From Blastocatellia bacterium (GTDB lineage: Bacteria; Acidobacteriota; Blastocatellia; UBA7656), in NCBI GenBank assembly GCA_963765495.1, contig CAVXWP010000006.1, positions 96,001 through 160,000 of the forward strand: a stretch of 64,000 bases of DNA. Reading direction: 5' to 3'. This document shows, one piece after another, positions 1 to 8,521 of this stretch (the first letter of the stretch is position 1; each line of letters starts with the position of its first letter). The notes beneath the pieces are model-generated. The model worked only from the letters and a program-made list of their open reading frames with translations, ran no database searches and was not told where the DNA came from. The position numbers were made by a program, and so were the translations under genes.

Positions 1-20
1 AAGGCTGCCGGAGAGGTGAA

Positions 21-1820
21 ATGCTTATGAACTTATCTGCCATTATTCGATTAAAAAGACCTTTGATGGTTGCGCTTATCGCGCTCGCCGTCACGGGATT
101 GTCTCTTCCTCAAGCGCCGAATGTCTCGCTTGCAAGCACGTCGCCTTCGGGAAATCAGAATTCGGTTTCCGTCAAACACTCTTTGAAGACCGCGCGTGAT
201 TCGGGTCTGTACACCATTTATAAGTCTGCCGGGGGAGCCGGATGCCGCGAAGCTTCCATCGAAGAAGCGAGCCGGATTTTGCAGCGCAACCCGAATGTGA
301 AAATGCACAACATAGGCCGCGCGCAGACTTTCAGCCTCAACGCCGAGGAAACTCCCGGGCTGCAAATCATCCTGCGCGGCACCGATCAGTTGGAGCAGTT
401 TCCGCTGGCGAAACAGGCATTTTTGAACGCCGCCCAGACCTGGCAGGATAAGATTCAAACCGCGATCACGATCATTATAGATGTCGATTTCGGCCCAACC
501 AGATTTGGCCAAACATATCCGAACGGAGTGCTCGGGTCTACGGATTCTCAGCTTGTCGGGGACACGGACCTTTATTCAGACGTTCGCGCAAGCCTGATTG
601 CAAATGCTTCAAGTCCGCAGGAAGCCGCTTTTTACAACACGCTTCCTCAGAATACTATCCCGACCGATCTTGGCGATACCGCCGTGATGATTGCGCCGAC
701 GGCGGTCTTTCGAGCGCTTGATTTCCTTCCCCCGGTAGCCGATCCTGATGCCGAGGGTCTTGGCGACCCGCCTTCAATCGGATTCAATTCCAATTTCGAT
801 TTTGATTTCGATCCGAGCGACGGTATCTCTCCAAACACAATAGATTTCGATGCGGTGGCTACACACGAAATAGGTCACGCTCTTGGCTTCAGTTCTGTAG
901 CCGCTCTTGTGACCAAGTTTCCCAAGCCGAAAAAGGGCCTCTTCGGCCCAACCACCTGGGACCTGTTCCGTCTCCGCCCGCGCACGCCCTCGGCTTCCTA
1001 CTCGACGGCTGATCGCGTGCTGTCTGCCGGTGGCGAACAGGTATTTTCAGCCGGGGGGGTTGAGGCCAATTGCGCTACTGGAACCGGCTCTAATGGGGAT
1101 GGCGATCAGGCGTCTCACTGGAAAGCCGACGAGTTGACGGGCCGGTATGTAGGTATTATGGACCCGACGATTGCCGACGGTGAGCGCGAGGTCATCACAA
1201 GCCACGACCTTTTGGCTGTAGAGAGTTTCGGGTACACGCTCAGGCCGGGCATAAACCTTGCCGCCGAAGCCGGTAACTTTGCCGGGATTCTGGAGGGCGA
1301 TAAACTTACGCTCACCGGATCAATCGCCGACACGGACGGCAACGCCGCGCTTGCGCAGGTGAGGTTGCTCAACAGCGCAAGGCAACCTGTCGCGCCGGCC
1401 GCGACCTTCCCGATCACTTCAAACGGTCTGCTTATAACCGGGTTCAACCTGACCCTGTTTGGTCTTTCTCAGCTTCCCGATGCCATTCAGGCCGAAATCA
1501 CTCTGACCGACAGCCTCGGAAATGTCGGCAGACCCGTCAGAGCAAGTATCTTTTTGGGCGACATAGGCGGACCGGCGATCAACAACGTTACTTACAACGG
1601 GAAGAAGATGGTTATCAAAGGAAACGGCTATACCGGCGCGGTACAGCTTGAGATCAACGGCGTGTTGATCGGAGCCCCGGTCAATGTAAAGGTCAAAGGG
1701 GGAGGCACAAAGATAAAGATCAAAGCCGATTCTGCGAGTCTGCATCTGGTTACGGGGCTGAATCGCGTGCGGGTAATCAGCAATAACCTGAAGTCTGACA
1801 TCTTTATCCTGTCTCAATAA
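21..1820 (+). CDS. Secreted zinc metalloprotease (NF038122-like/M10-M57-like) with C-terminal beta-sandwich domains
   Basis: Signal peptide; VATHEIGHALGF HExxH motif; downstream SHWK...GIMDP Met-turn. Confidence 0.8.
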   Translation: MLMNLSAIIRLKRPLMVALIALAVTGLSLPQAPNVSLASTSPSGNQNSVSVKHSLKTARDSGLYTIYKSAGGAGCREASIEEASRILQRNPNVKMHNIGRAQTFSLNAEETPGLQIILRGTDQLEQFPLAKQAFLNAAQTWQDKIQTAITIIIDVDFGPTRFGQTYPNGVLGSTDSQLVGDTDLYSDVRASLIANASSPQEAAFYNTLPQNTIPTDLGDTAVMIAPTAVFRALDFLPPVADPDAEGLGDPPSIGFNSNFDFDFDPSDGISPNTIDFDAVATHEIGHALGFSSVAALVTKFPKPKKGLFGPTTWDLFRLRPRTPSASYSTADRVLSAGGEQVFSAGGVEANCATGTGSNGDGDQASHWKADELTGRYVGIMDPTIADGEREVITSHDLLAVESFGYTLRPGINLAAEAGNFAGILEGDKLTLTGSIADTDGNAALAQVRLLNSARQPVAPAATFPITSNGLLITGFNLTLFGLSQLPDAIQAEITLTDSLGNVGRPVRASIFLGDIGGPAINNVTYNGKKMVIKGNGYTGAVQLEINGVLIGAPVNVKVKGGGTKIKIKADSASLHLVTGLNRVRVISNNLKSDIFILSQ

Positions 1821-1846
1821 AAGAGAGACGCGATTTCGCCTAAAGT

Positions 1847-1886
1847 AAAACGGCCCGGCAAGTATAATCGCTTGCCGGGCCGTTTT
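1847..1886. terminator. Bidirectional intrinsic terminator
   Basis: AAAACGGCCCGGCAAG-loop-CTTGCCGGGCCGTTTT perfect stem between convergent genes. Confidence 0.8.
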
Positions 1887-1907
1887 GTTTGAGCGCGCCT
1901 TCGGGTT

Positions 1908-3125
1908 TTAGACCAATTTCCAGTCGCATATACGGCAAATGTAGGGGCAGCCCGAATGAGTACATTTATTGTGGCTGCCCGAATCCGTCGTTAGCGCGAT
2001 GATGGTCATCGCCCTTCGGGCGATCCGGGCAAGGACAAGCCTTGCCCCTACACTCATTCGGGAATTGGTATAAGGCTTCCTGTTTTTCTCTTTCTCTTTT
2101 TCCTTCTGGCGCTCCTTCTCAAGTTGCTGCTGAAGCTCAAGCAGCGAGGGCGGGCTCTCCGCGAAATAGATCTCTTCGCGGTAGGTAGCCCTGACCGGCT
2201 TGCCGTTTAGCAGCGCAGGCGAGAAACGATATTGACGAAGCGCAGCCACGGCGCGTTCGTCTATCGCGGGATCAATGCTGCGGAGCACCTGAATGTTTAC
2301 GATCTCGCCTTCGGCTGTGACCACGCCCGCAAGCAACACCGATCCGCGAATGCTGCGGGTGCTCTCAAACTTGGGCACTACGCGCTCAAGCGCCACGGGC
2401 GGCGTGAAGCGGTCGCTTTCCGTCATCGAGATAGGCGAGCCGTATTCGTTTACCGGGTGAGAAAGCTGTTCGGGGCGATTTCGCAGGCTTGAGGCGGGCG
2501 TGATTTCCGTAGTGACAGAAATCAGCAGAGTGCGCTCGACCGGGGCGCTTTCTCTGTGGCCTCCCGCGCCTATAAAGTACTTTACTCCAAAGGCTCCGCT
2601 TCCGCCCTTCAGTACCACGGTTTCAAAATTTTCAAACTCGACATCCTTTACATCGAGTAGGGGTTTGTTGGCATAACGCACCCTGAAATCGAGCTTCATA
2701 TACCCGCGAATAAGGTCGTGCGGAGTGAGCAGAAAGGTCATATATTCGGGGCCGAGCAGGACCGCGTCGTTGAACGACTCTTCGTTTTCAAGCCCGACCG
2801 AGCGCACGTGGCGCACCTCTACCTCTTCGAGTTTGTATTTCTCTTTCAGGTAGGCGATCTCTTCGTCTGCGCTCGAATAAGTCCCCGACAATCTTGTTAT
2901 GTCTTTCATCTCCGGCGAGCGCACCGCGTCGTACTGGTAAACGGCGTATGTCAGGTTCACCGCGTACCTTCCCCTGCCTGCCCGCGCATTGGTTGCTCCG
3001 CTTTGAGAAAAGGCAGTCGCGACTGTTGCGACCGTTATTAGAGCAAACACCAGAATCAATCGAAGAGTCTGAAAGGCAGATTGAGTTAAAGCCCTTCCAC
3101 TCTTTTGAAATTTTGAGACAACCAC
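1908..3125 (-). CDS. Exported protein with TonB C-terminal (energy transducer) domain; last ~54 aa derive from an inserted MITE
   Basis: N-terminal hydrophobic segment; GSVLLAGVVTAEGEIVNIQVLRS...AVAALRQYRFSPALLNGKPV TonB_C pattern. Confidence 0.75.
   Translation of the reverse strand: MVVSKFQKSGRALTQSAFQTLRLILVFALITVATVATAFSQSGATNARAGRGRYAVNLTYAVYQYDAVRSPEMKDITRLSGTYSSADEEIAYLKEKYKLEEVEVRHVRSVGLENEESFNDAVLLGPEYMTFLLTPHDLIRGYMKLDFRVRYANKPLLDVKDVEFENFETVVLKGGSGAFGVKYFIGAGGHRESAPVERTLLISVTTEITPASSLRNRPEQLSHPVNEYGSPISMTESDRFTPPVALERVVPKFESTRSIRGSVLLAGVVTAEGEIVNIQVLRSIDPAIDERAVAALRQYRFSPALLNGKPVRATYREEIYFAESPPSLLELQQQLEKERQKEKEKEKNRKPYTNSRMSVGARLVLARIARRAMTIIALTTDSGSHNKCTHSGCPYICRICDWKLV
1909..2073 (-). 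mobile_element. MITE with TACCAATTCC/GGAAATTGGTC ends and TA duplication, carrying a GTAG REP-like palindrome
   Basis: Minus strand reads CCT TA[TACCAATTCC...GGAAATTGGTC]TA A; internal GTAGGGGCA...GCCCCTAC palindrome homologous to 56975-57070. Confidence 0.75.
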
Positions 3126-3141
3126 AAAAAATACCTCCTCG

Positions 3142-3996
3142 TCACCTGTCGCGGTCGGTTGCCTTCCGCTCGGCGACCAATTGCCTGTAGGCTTCGCTTT
3201 TGGTGATGCCTCGCAACCGGGCTACACGTTTGAGCGCGCTCTTGTGATCGAGACCTTCACCTTGCATGATTTCTTCAACCTCTTCCGAGACGGAACGCGA
3301 CACGGGCTTAGGTTGATTATCTGCGAGCGGAGGGCCTATGAGCAACACGATCTCGCCTTTGATCGGCTGTTTATCAATCGAGGCTGCAATATCGGAAAGC
3401 TTACCTCGCAGAAATTCTTCGTGCAGTTTGGTCAATTCGCGGGCCAGCGCCGATTGCCTGTCGCCGAGCACTTCGAGCGCGTCGGCAATCGTCTGTCTGA
3501 TACGATGAGGCGCTTCATAAAAAATCAGTGTCGATTTTAACTGCGCAAGCTCATCCAACCGGGCGCGGCGGGCCGTCTGACGCGACGGCAGGAAGCCCGC
3601 GAAGGTGAATTCATCCGTAGGCAATCCCGATGCGGCGAGCGCCGTGATGAGTGCCGACGGGCCGGGAACAGGCACGATTGTTATCCCTCGGCTGATCGCT
3701 TCGCCGACCAATCTGTAGCCGGGGTCTGAGACTAACGGCGTTCCCGCGTCAGAGACCAGCGCGATGTTTTCACCGGCTTCGAGCCGGGCTACAAGGTTTG
3801 TGGCGCGCGCGCGTTCGTTGTGCTCATGATAGCTGATCGCGGGTTTTGAGATGCCGTAATGCGTCAGGAGCTTTCGCGTGTGGCGGGTGTCTTCGCAGGC
3901 TATCAGGTCAACCTCTTTGAGCACGCCCAGCGCCCTGAGCGTTATGTCTTCGAGATTGCCTATAGGCGTCGCTACTAAATAGAGTGTGCCAGCCAT
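3142..3996 (-). CDS. rsmI: 16S rRNA (cytidine1402-2'-O)-methyltransferase
   Basis: LYLVATPIGNLEDIT, ACEDTRHT, SDAGTPLVSDPG, RELTKLHEE motifs. Confidence 0.97.
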   Translation of the reverse strand: MAGTLYLVATPIGNLEDITLRALGVLKEVDLIACEDTRHTRKLLTHYGISKPAISYHEHNERARATNLVARLEAGENIALVSDAGTPLVSDPGYRLVGEAISRGITIVPVPGPSALITALAASGLPTDEFTFAGFLPSRQTARRARLDELAQLKSTLIFYEAPHRIRQTIADALEVLGDRQSALARELTKLHEEFLRGKLSDIAASIDKQPIKGEIVLLIGPPLADNQPKPVSRSVSEEVEEIMQGEGLDHKSALKRVARLRGITKSEAYRQLVAERKATDRDR

Positions 3997-4073
3997 AGAT
4001 ACTCACCGAAGATACTTTCCCCGCCCGTCTGCGGTCAATCGAATCAAGGGATTCGTATGAGCCCGGCTTAAGG

Positions 4074-4152
4074 AAGAATTTAGCCACAGAGACACAGACC
4101 CACAGAGTTATTCTTGTTCTTTGTGTTTGCGGTGTCTCTGTGGCAATTTCTT
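4074..4152. repeat. Periodic palindrome, CACAGAG family
   Basis: GCCACAGAGACAC (4083-4095) inverted with GTGTCTCTGTGGC (4132-4144). Confidence 0.7.
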
Positions 4153-4295
4153 GCTCTGAATAGAATATGAAAGTTCTCTGCGCTTGATTTGCGAAAGCCC
4201 CTATGATAGCTTTCGCGCATAACCTCACAGGTAAATTTATTGACCGTGCAGGGGTGACCGCGCGGGAATTGTCGGTCTGTTATTAGGAGGCTCTT

Positions 4296-6005
4296 TTGGC
4301 GAAACAGAAAATCTATGACGCGATAATCGTAGGATCGGGCGCATCGGGCGGCATGGCCGCCAAGCAATTGACCGAGCACGGAATGCAGGTTCTGGTGCTC
4401 GAAGCCGGGCCGCCCGTAAACCTGGAGCGGGATATGAACTCGCACCAGTGGCCCTATCAATCCATGTATCGCGGCTTTGGCCCGCCGGGCTGGAAAGATC
4501 ACGATCAGTGGATGGAGGATACGGCGGGCGAGTTCAGCCGCCACTTCTACGTAAAAGACACCGAGCACCCGTATACGACCGACCCCGGCAAGCCTTTCAT
4601 GTGGGTGCGCGCTCGCATAGTCGGGGGCAAGACTCTCCACTGGGGAAGGTTATCGTGGCGGCTTTCGGATCTCGATTTCAAGGCCGCGAGCCACGACGGG
4701 TTTAATGAGGACTGGCCAATCAGTTACGAAGAGATCGAGCCTTATTACAACAAGGCCGAAGAGTTTATCGGCGTGAGCGGAAATCGTGACGGCCTCTCTT
4801 ATCTGCCGGACGGGCATTTCATGCCGCCTATGCCTCTGACCTGCGGCGAACAGCTTTTGCGCAGGGGAGCCGAAAAGACGGGGCGTAAAGGGATAACTTC
4901 GAGGGTTGCGATGCTGACCGGCCAGCCCAAGCCGCATATGAAGGGCCGCCACAAGTGCCACTTCTGTGGCAACTGCGGCGAAGGCTGCGACGTGGGAGCG
5001 ATGTTCAACTCGCTTGTCTCGACGTTGCCCATAGCCGCTGCTACGGGCAGGATGACACTGCGCCCGAATTCCATAGTGCGTCACGTCATCATAGACACAA
5101 ACACCGGCAAGGCGAAGGGCGTGGCCTTTGTGGACCGCGTGACCCGCCAGGAGCAGGAAGCATTCTCTCGCATAGTCATTGTCGCGGCCTCTACACTCGA
5201 ATCCACGCGGATACTGCTGAACTCGAAATCCCGCCAGCATCCAAACGGCCTGGGCAACTCATCGGGCGTTCTGGGGCACTATCTTGTAGACCATTTTGGA
5301 GGCATAGGCATAGGCGGTTATTTCAACATCCTCGCAGGGCGCGACCCCGTTAACGAAGACGGCAAGGCCGCCGGGCTTTTTATCCCGCGATTCCGCAACT
5401 TGAATAAAGAGACGCGCCAGCAAAAATTTATTCGCGGTTACGGGTTCGAATGCGGGTCGGGCACCTATATGTTTCCGGGGATGGCAAAAGACCCGCGTCT
5501 TGCTCCGGGCATTGGCTCCGAGTTTAAGAGGCGAGTGCGCCACTATTACACCTCGCCCGTTTATATGACCACGCGAGCCGAGATGCTGGCCCGCTTCGAG
5601 AATCACGTAGAGATAGACCCCGATGGAGTCGTGGACGCCTGGGGAGTGCCTGTCTTGAAGATTCACATTCAGCACTCGGACAACGAGCGCGAGATGGCAA
5701 AAGACGCAGCCGACACGTGCGAAGAGATACTGCGCGCGGCGGGCGCGGAAATATCCTGGAAAGGGACGAAGCTCACGGCTCCGGGCCGCATCATTCACGA
5801 ACTCGGCACAGCCCGCATGGGGGCCGATCCGAAAAAATCTATACTCAACAACTTCAATCAATGCTGGGATGCGAAGAACGTATTCGTCACCGACGGGGCG
5901 GCATTCGTGGGCAGCGCAAATCAGAACCCGACTCTGACCATACTTGCGCTCACAATGCGCGCGTGTGATTATATCGCGGACCAGTCCAAGCGAGGGGAGC
6001 TTTAG
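4296..6005 (+). CDS. GMC family FAD oxidoreductase (glucoside 3-dehydrogenase/FAD-GDH-like catalytic subunit), TTG start
   Basis: GSGASGG FAD motif, CHFCGNCGEGC Fe-S motif, HELGTARMG, NPTLTILAL; AGGAGG upstream. Confidence 0.93.
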   Translation: MAKQKIYDAIIVGSGASGGMAAKQLTEHGMQVLVLEAGPPVNLERDMNSHQWPYQSMYRGFGPPGWKDHDQWMEDTAGEFSRHFYVKDTEHPYTTDPGKPFMWVRARIVGGKTLHWGRLSWRLSDLDFKAASHDGFNEDWPISYEEIEPYYNKAEEFIGVSGNRDGLSYLPDGHFMPPMPLTCGEQLLRRGAEKTGRKGITSRVAMLTGQPKPHMKGRHKCHFCGNCGEGCDVGAMFNSLVSTLPIAAATGRMTLRPNSIVRHVIIDTNTGKAKGVAFVDRVTRQEQEAFSRIVIVAASTLESTRILLNSKSRQHPNGLGNSSGVLGHYLVDHFGGIGIGGYFNILAGRDPVNEDGKAAGLFIPRFRNLNKETRQQKFIRGYGFECGSGTYMFPGMAKDPRLAPGIGSEFKRRVRHYYTSPVYMTTRAEMLARFENHVEIDPDGVVDAWGVPVLKIHIQHSDNEREMAKDAADTCEEILRAAGAEISWKGTKLTAPGRIIHELGTARMGADPKKSILNNFNQCWDAKNVFVTDGAAFVGSANQNPTLTILALTMRACDYIADQSKRGEL

Positions 6006-6055
6006 AAACGGACGGGTGCCGAAGACGGCCCTTTTTCCGCTAAAAGAGGTGATTG

Positions 6056-6760
6056 ATGACAGGTGGCATTTTCAATAGCGAGGCCGAGCAAAGGCGCAGG
6101 ACGAATCGTAAACCGTCGCCGGGGCTACGCATCTATTCAGTCCCGGTATGGCTTGACGGGCGAGAGCTTTCAGGCGGCTTCGATCTTAATGGAGCGGCAT
6201 ACAAACTGGTCTTCGCGCCTTCGCGAGCCGAAGCCGACGACAGCAAACTCCATCTGGAAGGGCGACTCAGCATAACCGACGCGCGGGGGCGCACGCGTTC
6301 GGTTGATTCGGCGCGAGCTACGCTTGCGGCCACTCAGGGCGGGATGAACGCGGCTCCGGTTCGCCGCCAGATAATCGCCGCCGGAGCGCAGACCGGAACC
6401 ACCGCGACTTCAAATCAGAAGCAACAGCGCGCGGGCGAGAATGAAAAGCCGAGCGAGGCCGGTCCTGACCAGCAGGAGAAAGCGCGGGCGAGCAATTTGC
6501 CTGAGACCGAATATACCGATGCATCTTCATTCGTGGGCGTTATGTATATGCATCTTGAGCCGCTCGATAATCGAAGGCTTGGAGTGGCAGCCGACCTCAG
6601 CCGGGTCCAACTCAATGCGCGGCTCGCCGCCAGAGACGATACGGCCCGCTCGCTCCACAATCTGTACAGCTACGCGGTCGAAGCGCTCTATGTCGAGCAT
6701 CCAAATAAAGAGCTTGCAAAGGCCGCTCTTGATGAGATAAACCGGGTTCTAAGCAGTTAA
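6056..6760 (+). CDS. Uncharacterised protein, paralog of 31226-32020
   Basis: GAGGTG RBS; similarity to 31226 ORF (GVMYMHL..VQLNARLA vs GLVFLSL..VQLGVVLA); follows GMC gene. Confidence 0.7.
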   Translation: MTGGIFNSEAEQRRRTNRKPSPGLRIYSVPVWLDGRELSGGFDLNGAAYKLVFAPSRAEADDSKLHLEGRLSITDARGRTRSVDSARATLAATQGGMNAAPVRRQIIAAGAQTGTTATSNQKQQRAGENEKPSEAGPDQQEKARASNLPETEYTDASSFVGVMYMHLEPLDNRRLGVAADLSRVQLNARLAARDDTARSLHNLYSYAVEALYVEHPNKELAKAALDEINRVLSS

Positions 6761-6812
6761 GCGTGGGCAAATAGAGTATTTCAAATTCTACAATTTTTTT
6801 GGGAGAGTAAGG

Positions 6813-7094
6813 GTGAAGAAGACCAAATTCGCAATTACGTTTTTTTTCGTCGTCGGTACAATCGCTATGTTGACGGCGCAATCGGTCGCCTATCCGCCGT
6901 TTCTGGCAAAAGCGCGAAAGTTCGGAGCCAAAGATTGCACCTTTTGTCACGTCAATGCCGGAGGGGGTGAGCCGTTCAATGCTCGTGGCAAATGGCTCAT
7001 CAACGAGAAAGCCCGCCGCAAGGCCGACACCGTAGACCCTGAATGGCTGGTTGATTACAAGGCGGGAAAATCGGCCAAGAAAAAGAAGAGCTGA
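6813..7094 (+). CDS. Small exported monoheme cytochrome c
   Basis: Signal peptide, single CTFCH, GGGEPFNARG motif, 93 aa. Confidence 0.8.
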   Translation: MKKTKFAITFFFVVGTIAMLTAQSVAYPPFLAKARKFGAKDCTFCHVNAGGGEPFNARGKWLINEKARRKADTVDPEWLVDYKAGKSAKKKKS

Positions 7095-7097
7095 TCT

Positions 7098-7188
7098 ACA
7101 GGATTGACAGGATTCAGACAGATTTACCTGGTTAAATAGATAGATGAATCAAATCCGTGTAAATCCGCCTGAATCCTGTCAATCCTGT
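7098..7188. repeat. Periodic palindrome, ACAGGATT family
   Basis: Perfect 20-bp arms ACAGGATTGACAGGATTCAG / CTGAATCCTGTCAATCCTGT between convergent genes. Confidence 0.85.
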
Positions 7189-7193
7189 CAAAT

Positions 7194-8363
7194 TCAACGC
7201 GCGCCGAGCAGGATGTCCATAGTCAACTGATCGAGCCGTTCGTATTGCAATCCCTTTTCCGCGAGTTTGACCCGATCAAAGTCGTAGGCGAGAAGCGCCT
7301 CCGCGTGATCCTTGGAATACTTGTCGATTGACGGTGCATTGCTTCTCATCTCGGCTATCTCGGCCAGTATAGCCTTGATCTCGGAGTCGGCATTCCACTG
7401 CGCGGCCTTGTCTTTCAAAATCAGATATGTGCGCATGCAGCCCCGGGCAAAATCCTTGACGCCGTCGTAATCTTCCGTGCGATATGCGTGCGCGTCGAAG
7501 TGCCGCGAACCGTCATAGCCCACGTCTTCAAGAAATTTCACAAGCCAGAATGCCGCTCTCGGATTGGCCGAGCCAAATCGCAAATCCTGATCATAACGAC
7601 CCGGCAATTGATCGTTCAGGTCTATGTGAAAGAGCTTGCCCGACTCCCAGGCTTGTGCAACCGCGTGCGACATGTTGAGGCCCGACATGTGTTCGTGCGC
7701 CACTTCCGGGTTGACCCCGACTATATCTGAATGATCGAGCGTTTCGATAAAGGCCAGGTAAGCGCCCGTCGTCGGCATGTAGATGTCTGCGCGCGGCTCG
7801 TTCGGTTTGGCCTCAAGCGCGAATTTGTAATCGTAGCCTCGATCTATGGAGTATTCGCACAGATAATTGAGCGCGCCTCTGAGTCGTTTAATGGCTTCGT
7901 CTGGACGGCGGCAGGCATCGGTTTCGACGCCTTCGCGTCCGCCCCACAGAACGAAGATTGTCGCGCCGAGTTCAGCGCCGATGTCCATCGCCTGCATGGT
8001 CTTTTGGACGGCGTAGGCGCGCACATCGGGGTCGTTGGCCGTAAAGGCTCCGTCTCGAAAGGCCGGGTCATAAAAGAGGTTGACGGTCGCCATAGGCACT
8101 TTCAAACCGCTCGTTTCGCAGGCGCGTTTGAAATCGCCAACTATGCGGTCGCGCTCGGCGGGCGTAGCGTCAATCGGTACCAGATCGTTGTCGTGCAGAT
8201 TGACTCCGTAGGCGCCCACCTCGGCAAGCATCGCCACCGTGTCGCCTGCCGAAAGCGTAGGCCGCACGGCTTCGCCGAACGGGTCGCGCCCTCGATTGCC
8301 TACGGTCCAAAGGCCGAATGTGAATTTGTGCTCGGGTTTCGGCACATACTTATCGTTTCCCAT
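7194..8363 (-). CDS. xylA: Xylose isomerase (class I)
   Basis: [48 protein letters not shown] motifs. Confidence 0.96.
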   Translation of the reverse strand: MGNDKYVPKPEHKFTFGLWTVGNRGRDPFGEAVRPTLSAGDTVAMLAEVGAYGVNLHDNDLVPIDATPAERDRIVGDFKRACETSGLKVPMATVNLFYDPAFRDGAFTANDPDVRAYAVQKTMQAMDIGAELGATIFVLWGGREGVETDACRRPDEAIKRLRGALNYLCEYSIDRGYDYKFALEAKPNEPRADIYMPTTGAYLAFIETLDHSDIVGVNPEVAHEHMSGLNMSHAVAQAWESGKLFHIDLNDQLPGRYDQDLRFGSANPRAAFWLVKFLEDVGYDGSRHFDAHAYRTEDYDGVKDFARGCMRTYLILKDKAAQWNADSEIKAILAEIAEMRSNAPSIDKYSKDHAEALLAYDFDRVKLAEKGLQYERLDQLTMDILLGAR

Positions 8364-8521
8364 AATTTCACCCTCGTGACAATATTTTCAGATAAGCGTG
8401 AGATTATCCAAGTTCCCAAACCCAGTCAAGGATGGGCAGGTTGATTGTACCCGAAGACCATCCCGGTTTGACAGCGGTTGTACACTTAAACGCTAAGAAA
8501 TTCGACCGAGAGAGACTGGCT

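Noticed and set aside
4080-4640. Similar antisense ORFs opposite both GMC genes (also 29320-29997)
   Set aside because: Similarity comes from the paralogous sense genes, and their ends run into intergenic repeats.
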